This document shows positions 51,001-62,269 of a stretch of 64,000 bases of DNA, piece after piece. Origin of the DNA: Octopus sinensis (lineage: Eukaryota); NCBI RefSeq assembly GCF_006345805.1, contig NC_043007.1, positions 38,192,001 through 38,256,000 of the forward strand. Direction: 5' to 3'. Under the pieces are notes generated by a model. It ran no database searches. It was not told where the DNA came from and saw only the letters and a list, made by a program, of their open reading frames with translations. The first letter of the stretch is position 1, and each line of letters opens with the position of its first letter. The position numbers were made by a program, and so were the translations under genes.

Positions 51001-54000
51001 AAATACTGACACACTAGAATACTTAGAAAATGAAAGCCAGAAGTACCAACATGGTTAAAGGTTTATGCAAAGTAGAATAGTATATATGGTAGGCAAATTC
51101 ATTATGTAAAAGATTGGTATTGGGTCAAGACTAAAAATGTGAAGACTTAGCAATAACTTAGGCAGTAACTCAAGCAAATTTTACTGTGAATTTATTGTTA
51201 TAGATAGATTTTACTATAATATATAACTAATTTTTGTGTTATTCTATTTATTTTACCAACTAATTATGTACTTCTATTATTTTTTATAACCTACTTTCAA
51301 ATTTTTTATTATTAATTAATAATTAAAAAAAATTAATCTTTTTAAAGTGCAAAAATATTTGAATTGCGTTATTTTTAATTTTTAATAGAAGTAACAAGTA
51401 ATAACAAATAGAAGTAATAACTTATAATTAAATTTTTAGTTTTAATAAAAGCTAATATTTTCTAGATCTAAATATTTTATTTGAAATTTTATCCTTAGCT
51501 GCAATATCTTAAGTAAAAAATTTCTTGTTCTGTACTTTACCAGGTGTAATAAATTGTCCTGAACTCTTCCAAGTGAAATAATAATAATAACTTGTCCTGT
51601 ACTTTTCCAGGTTTATAATCTTAAGAATATTATTTCTCTTGCTCGCATTTTTCCATGTAATGTGTGTGTGTGTGTGCGCACGTGCGTGCATGCGTGCGTC
51701 TGTCTGTCTGTCACTTTCAAGTTTATCTCTATAGACTTCCTATAGAATTCAGAGCCAGTACTGCAAGTTACAATGTTTCATAACCAAATATGTCTATGTA
51801 AAAAATGTGATCAAAAAAATTATATGAAACATTGTAACTTAGAGTGCTGGCTCTGAATTCTATTGAAAATCTGTGGAGATTTCACTGCTAACACAACATT
51901 CTGTCTACAAAACTCACTCACAAACCATTGGTTGGCCTGGAGCTTTAGTAGAAGACACTTGCCCAAGGTGCCATTTAGTGGGACTGAACTTGAAACTGCA
52001 TGATTGAAAAGTGAACTTCTTAACCTCACAGCCATACCCGTACCTATATGTATGTTTTATTTTTACTCATTTCAGCCTATAAGCCGTAGGTATATTGGGG
52101 CACCACCATTACTGTATATAAATACATATATACATATATATATGAAACAAGGGATTAAATATCAGATACTCTTTAAAATAGCCTTTACATAATATTTTGA
52201 GAACAATAACCAGAACAACAACAAAAATTATAGCCAGTTTTTATGTTTTCCAAAATTTTCTTTCAGAATTATTTTTTCATTTTTAAATTGTCAAATTGTT
52301 TACTCCCATCTTCTTTAGATTTGTCTCCAAAACATAGCGGCAAGAATGGTTTCAATGCAGACTGTTTACAAGAGGCAGTGAAGTCCACCCGTATCAGCAA
52401 GACATTGGACAAAACTGTCAACTTCCGCGATATTGATCTGAGCCAGCTAAATCAGATAGAGCTCACCTGTTTTCTAACCAACCTTGTCAATGTTCTTATC
52501 ATCCACAGTTACATGTATATTGCTATTCAAGCTGTAAGTAAATCATCCCTTTTATGTTATTTTGTTTGTTTTATTTAGCTTTTTTGCTTTATTTTAGTTT
52601 ATTTTTTTATGGTTTCATTTGGGAGGAAGGGACTCTGTTCAAGTCTTTCACAGGATTCCCAAGATCTGATGGATCTTGCGAATCCTTTAGTTGCAAACCT
52701 ATGCTTGTTGAAAAACCATTGACAAGAAAGAAATCTCAGGCAGTAGACATTTGGGGAAGAATTACTGAGTGTGATGGTTAGTGCAGGTCCAGGGAGCAGA
52801 TCCTTGTTTCTATTTTACTACATTTTCAAGGGTTTTTCTTCATAGTTTAACCATTTTGTGAATATATATCTGAAGAAATACATTGTCGGTGTGTTTCAGT
52901 TAATTCTGAAAATAATCAAGAATTTGAAGGGATTTAGTAAAATTTATTAACTTTTTTAATTTGTATTATGATATTAAAATTTTTAAACAGAAATAGTTTT
53001 AATTTAAAAGTTTTAAAATGAGAGGTTCTGTATTAAAGAACCAGAGGTGTGATTTTATCTGAATTGCTGTGATTATACCTCATCCTTAACACCCTCTCAT
53101 ATCTGCTGTCATTCTCAACACCCTCTCATATCTGTCATCAAAAACCTCCATCTCCAGTGGTTTTCTAATAAGGATAGGTTTGCAACCAAAGGATTCGCAA
53201 GATCCATCAGACCTTGAGAACCCTGTGAAGGATTTGAACAGAGTCCCTTCCTCCCAAATGTCACTCTTTCATACCTCTGATGGCTATCTCTGTCATTGTG
53301 CATGTCTTTATTTTTCTTTCTCATCCATCACTCTCCCACCTTGCACATCATCTCTATTTTCTGATCTATCTACAGATTTATTGTACTTCTACTCTCTAGC
53401 CTTCCTGTACTGCCCTTTATCACCTCCTGTTTCCTAAGCCACTCCTATATCTTTCACCTTTCCCCACTTTACTAATACTTACCATTGATCACACTTTTTC
53501 CTTGTTCATCATTCCCTACATCCATCTATAGCTATCTGTCAGTCTCCTCACATGTCCTTGTGAACTTACCCACCTGCCCATCCCAATTTTCTGTACATAT
53601 TCTCTCTTATACTCTCTTGTATCTTGGGTGCATGCCTTGATCCCTCATTGTCGCCATCTTCTTTCCAGCTGCTCCCATTTTTATATAATGCAGAGTAGCC
53701 ATGTATCTTCTCTGTAGCATGACACCAATGCCTTTTCTTCTATCATACTTTAGTCTCCCACTGCCTGTATAAAATCACTTCTCTTTCTATCACAATTTCA
53801 ATCAGTTGAGGGTTCTTTTTCTTTGTCTTGTAAGTTACTTGGTGACCTCACTGGTGTTGGTTGTGTACTCTTTTATAGAGCATGACACCAGTGCTTGTTC
53901 CTCTATTATACGTTAGTCTTTCAACACCTTGTATAAAGCTGTCATAAAAAAAGCATCCAGTATGTACCGAATGTGTACATAGTCCATAGCTAATATCTTA

Positions 54001-55892
54001 CACTATATCAAACATTCTTTGAATATTTAATACTAACACTGATAAAAAAAAAGTGATACACATTAGTGAAAAACGCTCCCTGTAAAATGTACTGCCTTAT
54101 AAACCAACCTATAGAGTAAGATGTTCTTGATACAAGATGAAAATAGCTGGTATTTTGTAGCATCGCACCAAAATCTTGAATGTCATCTTAGTGTTATTCT
54201 TGATTATTGCAATTTGTCACCTATTTAGATTTTATTTAAACTCATGATAATAATAATAAACATTGTGTACAGTGCTCAGATGCACTACAACTCATCGAAA
54301 GTGTATATATAATCAGGTGTAGTTTCGACGGATTTCGGAAAGCATGAGGGCCTTAAAGGATGCAGTGTCATGGCAGTCAACAACTGACGCAGACAGTTTA
54401 TTCCATGCCTCAGCAACTCTGAGTGTGAAGAAATGTTTCCGAAAGTCATGGGAGCTGTGTTGTTTTCTGACTTTGTAGGCATGTCCACGTGTGTTAGACA
54501 CATGGAGATCAAAAAGGTGTTCAGTGTTGTTATTGGTGAGGTGGTTGACAACTTTGCGGGCGTTTACCAAGTCCGTCGCCAGACGCCGGAGCTTCAGTGA
54601 ATCCATGCCCAGGGAAACAAGGCGCTCAGAATATGGTAGGTGTCTGATGGAGGGTATGCGTTTGGTTGCACGTCTCTGAACAGATTCCAGGAGGTCAATG
54701 TTCTGAGCAAGATGCGTCTAGTTCTGTAGATAGGCATTCTAACCTGTAATTTGCCTGTCAATATGATTTAAGTTTTTTATTTTCTAGAGCCTTTCTCACT
54801 CCACCTGTAATGATTTTTATTTATATTTTTTGTAAATTCTAGGAGCAGCAACAATGCTGGGACACCTTGAAAGAAATGTTGCATGCTGGGAGTCATTCTG
54901 GTCTATGGAGTGACAACAACAGTATTGATCGTATCATCTGGCTGAGTCGATATGGTTATCAAGTTGGGCAACTAGGAATTGTCAGGTAAGACCAAAACAC
55001 TTTCATCTTCCTTCACATAGCTTCATTAAATTGAATTTACTCTTGTGGCTCACTGTTAGAATTTTCCATGTAAAATTTTTATCAGAGATTGAAAGAATTT
55101 CACTGTGTTCTTGTAAAAAGTTTCTCTCTCTAAAAAGGGTAGCTTTATTTGTTATTATTTCATTGGATGAGGAGAGGCTGTGATCATGACATACACAAAC
55201 CCTCCCAAATAGGTGAGGTTGGTACAGTTGTTGTTCTGTTTGAATGTCTGCAGACAGAGAATTACCGAGGGTTGTAATCTGGGTAGGAATGATTGATAAA
55301 GAGTTTTGTGGTGTTTAGGGATGATGAAAAGAGAGGCAGGAGCAATAGTTAGCTGATAGAGGTGGTGTATAATTGATAATAGTTGATAATAGAAACTATT
55401 GTTGTTGTTATTGTTGTAGTAGTAGTAGTACTGGTGTTGGTGGTGGTGGAGGAGGAGTAGGAGGAGATATGACTTACAGACACACTGTAAATCTGTTGTA
55501 GTCTTTAGCAATTAGATAGATAACTATTTTTTTTTTAAAGTACAGCTTACGAAATTTGTGTATGCATGTGTGTGTGCTTGTGCATGCATGTATGTAGCAG
55601 CAGTATTGACCTAGATATGAGAATTGTATTCCAGTGTGAACCACACCTGAACTTTGAAGACAGTTGCCATGAAATGTGCTGAACATGTATAATGCAGTGT
55701 GATTGTTAGTTATTAGCATTAAATGTGGAAGATCTGCAGAGATTGGAGAGAAATGAGTTGAATATGATGCATTGGATGTGTAATGTTAACTTCTGTAAAA
55801 CCATGAATGGGCTGAAAGAGAGAGAGAGAGAACAGTTGAGAACATTAATATATTAAATGATGTGTGAAACTAATAGATGAAAACAGCACAGA

Positions 55893-55931
<39 letters not shown>

Positions 55932-58694
55932 TGTGTGCTTGTTTCTGTGTGTCGGCATCATCACTGTCTGAACAAAAATAGTGACGCTCATTCACATCTT
56001 TAACAGTACATCCTGTTCATGACTGTGCTAGCATAACTGATACCTGCTGTGAATAGATAACATATATATACACACTAATATGTACACTTCCACATACATG
56101 TATAAGGTTTAAGACATGTTTTTATTTAACGAAGCAAAATTGGAATCGAAATGGTCTTGCCTTTCCCATTAGTCAGTCATGTGAGAGAGGAGAGAATTAC
56201 ATCAACAAGGTAACAAAGTGGTTATAGTGTTGGCTTGATAGAAGCTTATATTTTGTTCCTTTATACTAACCCTTTCGTTACTGTATTTATTTTGAGATGC
56301 TCTGTGTTTCTTTCAATTACTTTAAATATAACAAAGAATTTAGTAAAATAACTTAGTCATCATTCAGCTAGTGTTAGGAACATAAATTGTGACTAAGGTT
56401 TGCTGGAAGATTTTAATTCAAGACTTATGAAAACAAGACCGGGTTGGTAACGAAAGGGTTAAGATACTGAGACTTATCTAATAGCCAATGAAAAATGCCA
56501 GCTGTAACACATGACATCACACCACAACATACTACACTGCATTCCACCTGTCAATCACAATAGACCTATCACATTAATTATCATATATGTCCATGTATAA
56601 TATGCTATCATATATCATACACATCTTGCTATTGTTGGGGGCCTAAACTGTTGTGTATAATATACGGTGTTGCTTAACTGCTTCAAGAGTAGATAATCCT
56701 CCTATATGTAAAATACCAATATATTCATTTTTAATATTTACTTTTACATAAAATATTTTATGTAATTAAATATAATCTGAAAAATAATAAAATATTATTA
56801 CCTTGTTATCCTATATCATTATGAAAGTGAATGTGAACTATATCATTTAATAATATATATTATGCACATCTTGCATAATTAATTTTAATCTTGGTTCTGG
56901 TGAAAAATGTGTATATTATACATGGAGTTTTATGGGATCTTTTCGGTTTGAATGGCAGTTTTTTAAAATAATTTCCACGTAACTAAACACTTTTAAACTT
57001 CCTATACTGGTAGAATGTGTTTATAAAACATCTTTTTCTCTTGGCTTTATTGAGAAAATTCTATAGTTTGTAAGATATTTGTTGTTTTTTTTCATCAATT
57101 TCTACAATTTCAACCAATCAATGATGTGTATTGAGGTGAAAACATTCTGTGTCATATGAATATGTCCCTCGTTTAAGAAACAGATTGAGTTTATTTACAT
57201 TTCTGAAGAAAAAAGATACCCTCCCCCCACCCCTAACCCTAACTAACCCTAATCCTAAAACAGATTGAAATGCAATAGATAGATACTAGGGTCATAATTA
57301 TGGGTGACAATTTCATATGACACCACTAGAAAAAACTGCCGTTCAAACCGAAAAGATCTGTTTTATGTTGAATCTAACCAACCAGCCAACTAACAACCCA
57401 ACCAACAACCAACCACTTTAAGTTATTTAGTTTTTATATTGTTTGTTTTATTTTAATTTTGTTTTGTAGTATTTTCGATTTGAGATACATTCTCTTAAGA
57501 AATGGTCTGCCACGCCCTGGTCTATTAGGAGGGCTTTTGGAGGATCGTATTGATGGTAAGTGCTTTCTTCATTCTACTGTCTCTCCCTCTGTCTCCTACC
57601 ATCCATATTCACAATAACTGGAATGCAATAAAGTGCCAACTATTCTCAGGTGATGCTCTATTTTGTCAAACTATGACAAAATTGCTTTCTTCTGTTACCT
57701 GCTTCAGTCTAGCTTGCTGCAAATTGGGTACCATGGAGTTCATATGGACAATGGTTTATAGTAATGAATATTCATTGTTCTTGAGGTTGGTTAACAAATA
57801 GACTTACCTAAGTCTTGTGCGTGAATTTGATAGACATTAACTGAAAGAAGCTTGTTGTATATAAGTATGTGTGTGTTTGTACCTCCTTATCATCTTCACC
57901 ATTAACACCATTGTTGACTCCATGGAAATTTCTGTTTTTGACCCTTGATCTATTGCCAGGGAAAATCTTGGCATTGATGAGAATCAGCTGGCTGATCTAT
58001 TCCAGAGAACTTTCTGGCCTGGCTGTGCTACCAGTGGGCATTGCCAGTTCAAGGCAAACTCTATAGGCATGGAAGTGCCATCAACCAGGCCTTCCTGAGA
58101 TGAGCACAGAACAACAAAACTGTGCCTGAATTACAGATCATTATTCTTGTTTTTGTTGCTGTTGTTGACATGACAAATTCTCTAGTTGTGGTACCTAGAT
58201 AAGATGCACCCAGTACACTCTATTAAGTGGTTGGTGATAAGAGGGACATCTGGCCATAGAAAATTAAACTTACATGACAGGTGGACAATAACTTCAACTA
58301 AAAGTTATTTCATTTTTACCCAAAATGCTGTTGCTGATGATGATGATGGTGAATGTGGTAGTGGTAGTAGTGGCTCTACTACCACCACTGCCACTGTTGT
58401 TGTTGTTCCACTATATATTCATTACCTTTCAGATGTAAGATATCAATTTATGAGACTATTTTTTTCTTGACAGCCCTTGATATCTGTGACCCATGGTCTA
58501 TGTTCACACCTCGGCCTGACTACAGAATCACGTTTGTCATCTCCAATGGCTACACATCTTCACCTCCACTGCAGGTAATGTATCTTCCTTCTCTTATGTC
58601 AACAACACTGTCTTGTATAGGAACACAACTACTGTTTAGATTATTATTAATGCTTGTCATTGTTGTAACATAAGCTTACCGTTTTTACCATTAT

Positions 58695-58733
<39 letters not shown>

Positions 58734-61700
58734 GGTATGAGGCCTTGGGTCAGATATCCCCTTGCACCTCTCAAGTATCTTATCTCTCTTCTTCCTTTCA
58801 GTGTGCACATATACACTCACTTATACACACTTTTTCTCACATATACACTTGCATACATACATATACATACAGTCTCATGCACACACACTCTTATTTACGC
58901 TCACTCATACTGACATATATGATCAAATACATGCACGCACATGTTTACTCAACCACAACACATGTATACAAAATACAAAATTTATACTGGTGAAATGGTG
59001 TCGGCTGCATGAAAGCCGACCTACCATAATGGATTATGAGAGACTAAAAAGAAAAATTCAATTGTAATTTTTGTGATATTCATTTATGAAAGAAGGAAAA
59101 AAAAATTACGGAGATGTACTTGCATAGCAAGTGACCTGATCTGATATCATGTGCTGGAACGAAAACAATTGCAGCATGGAAGGTGTTTATAAGCCATTTA
59201 AGAAGCACACAAAACCATTAGATTTACTTCAACATTTAAATTTAATTTGTCAAAATACTTTCGTCACTTTGAGACCGCGACCTGTTCACTGACAAAGCTT
59301 CACTTGACTTCGGGGGTCGAATGGGCATTGCTCCTCATTTATATCTTTTCATATTTTCATTCGTTTAAAAAATTTTTTTCATCTTAATTCATCTTTTTGT
59401 ATTTTAAGTTCCCCGAGTTTATGTTTGTCTTGTTTGTATTGTCCCATTCTATGTATAGCCCCTTGTGGGTAATAAAAAATCAAACATTTATACAAAATGA
59501 CAGCTACCACAAAAACAAGAGATGTAAAAGCAGGTGTAACTGACTACATAATGCCAACATGTTATTTACAGGTATTAACACCAGAACTGCTGTCTCACCA
59601 GTTGGAGATTGCTGAGAGGTCATACCTGAGTAATACAGTTAGTGTTAATGTCTCCTCAGCTGGACACAGCACAGTAAGTCTCCAATTTATTTCCTCTTCC
59701 CCTTACTTAACCGATATTTCTTATCATGATTTCCTCTCTCACACTTGTTGCTTCACCTTTTTGTTGCTCAAACACCTCGCTTTAACTCTGCCTAATGTCA
59801 TTCACCTCTAACTTTAATCTAACTTTGCTACGCCTCATCTCATCTAATTCTGTCTCACCTCACCTTTTTTTAGATCTTGCCTGTTTCACCTCTAGTTCTC
59901 ACTCCTCATTTCAGTTTAGCTCTTCCGCACTTCAATCCAGCTCTTCCTCACCTCAGTCTAGCTCTTCCTTACCACATCTTGGCTCAGTCTAGTTCTGCAT
60001 CACATCACCTTACTCTATCTCGTCTCACATCTTTTCAACACTCCTCACTTTATCTCACGATAGTTCTACTACCACTTCACTTTACATCCACTCTACATCA
60101 CCCGACCTCACTTCGTTCTACTTCACTCCAACTCAGTTCATCTCACATCATATTATCTGTCAAGCTTTATCACATCTCACCTCTCCTTATCTCATTGTAG
60201 CTCTAACCTCACTTCCCTTAGTTCTGCCTTTCTTCACCTTGCTTCTCGTCACTGTTCTCATCATCATTCATTACTAGTATTAGTATTAAAGCAGTAAGCT
60301 GGCAGAATCATTAGCCTGCTGGGCAAAATGCTTAGTGACATTTCATTCATCATTACATTCTGAGTTCAAATTCTGCCAGGGTTGACTTTGCCTTTCAATC
60401 TTTTGGGGGTCGATAAAATATGTACTAGTTGAACACTGTGGTCAATGTAATCAACTTAGCCACATACCCCAAACCTGTTAACCTTGTGCTAAAACTTGAA
60501 ACCATTATTATTATTATTATTATTATTATTGTTAACACAGTGAGTTAGCAGCATCATTAGTATGTTGAACAAAATACATAAATATACCCAGGCCTATTCC
60601 CCATTTTTTTTAGGATGGGGTAGCCACAACAAGACACACACCAAGCATTTCATCCATTTCCAGCTCAAAGGGGTGGGCCCCATTCTATGCTCGGGTTAAG
60701 GCATAGAACACAACCTGCAATATCAGTAGTGGGGCCCAACAGCCTATGCTGGTTTACCCCTGTCACATCATGCTGGTTCCGTACCCCTTTGAGCAACACC
60801 AAAAATCATCCGTCCATAAACCCTCTCCAAGCTTTCCTATCATTTATAAACTCTCTTGCCTCTCTCATTCTGACACCTCTCACCACCAAAGCTTTCCTCA
60901 CTCCATCCATCCACAAAAAACGAGGTCTGCCTCTGGTTCTGCTGGTTCTCTGGTTCAGCCTTCATCACCTTCCTTACCATCTGCTCCTCATCCATCCTTA
61001 GTGGCAATTCTTCTGGCAGTGTGTGGGTTTGTCCTGTCATCACATAATAATTATAAATGGACACTAGAATAAGGATTATGATGAATATGATGGTGGTGGC
61101 AGCAGCACATCCTTGCATGCATAAGTACAGCCCTTTTTGTTGCCAACAAGAAAGGCATTTGGTCATAAAATGCTGCTTTAAAAATTCTATCCTAGACATG
61201 TCAGTATGGAAAAGTGGATGTAAAATGATGAGGAGGACTGATCCAATATTATTTTAATTCTTCATTATCAAATAATAAGGCGTAGGAGTAGCTGTGTGGT
61301 AAGTAGCTTGCTTACTAACTACATGGTTCCTGGTTCAGTCCCACTGTGTGGCACCTTGGGCAAGTGTCTTCTACTATAGCCTCGGGCTGACCAATGCCTT
61401 GTGAGTGGATTTGGTAGATTGAAACTGAAAGAAGCCCGTCATATATATGCATATATATATGTATGTGTGTGTATATGTTTGTGTGTCTGTGTTTGTCCCC
61501 CCCAACCGATGCTGGTGTGTTTACGTCCCTGTAACTTAGCGGTTCGGCAAAAGAGACCGATAGAATAAGTACTAGGCTTACAAAGGATAAGTCCTGGGGT
61601 CGATTTGCTCGACTAAAGGCGGTGCTCCAGCATGGCCACAGTCAAAATACTGAAACAAGTACAAGAGTATATAGTTCATGTAATTTGCAAAATTTTCCAA

Positions 61701-62222
61701 GAAAGAAAAAAGGCAGAGGAAAAGAAAAATCTTGATATAGAGAAAATAATGTTACAAAGAATAAGATAGCCAAAAGGAAAAGTGGTTTGGTGTTTTGGGG
61801 TGACTTGAACTGACAGTTTTGATATTGATTCAATGATTTATGTGCTGTGTACAGGTATTGGTTCCTGACCTTCTGTGTGAGTACCAACATGATTTCCCCA
61901 GCTCGGAGGAAGCCAAAGTCTACTATAACTCCCCATGGGAGGAACTGTTGCTGTACATTAGGGACCATGCTGATACTGAACTTGCAACCAAGTTAACTGA
62001 TTTTCTTGAAAGTAAGTAACATGAGTTTCTTTAGCTTCTGCTTCCCTTTACTGCCCCCCTCCCTACACAACTCTCTGCTCTCTCCATCTCTCTTTCTCTC
62101 TCTCTCACCATTTCTTTCCCCATATTCTCTTTTTTTTCTCTCTTGTATTTCCTTTTCTTTTCTTCTATCACTATCTTTTTTTTCTCCTTCACTATCCTTT
62201 TCTTCTCTCCTTCTTCCTCTAT

Positions 62223-62269
<47 letters not shown>

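Noticed and set aside
50940-51480. Possible mitochondrial rRNA insertion (NUMT)
   Set aside because: Very AT-rich, but I could not match any conserved mitochondrial rRNA or protein motif; left as unassigned.
58186-58470. ORF ending YLSDVRYQFMRLFFS, which mimics the DUF547 SL.DI..ILR motif, and the AG at 58431-58432
   Set aside because: The real motif is in exon 18 (SIFDLRYILLR). Only the acceptor at 58472-58473 keeps the frame; the upstream AG adds 41 nt and shifts it.
58997-59020. GTCGGCT-GCATGAA-AGCCGAC hairpin as a Helitron end or terminator
   Set aside because: 7-bp stem with no CTRR terminus at a suitable distance; chance level.
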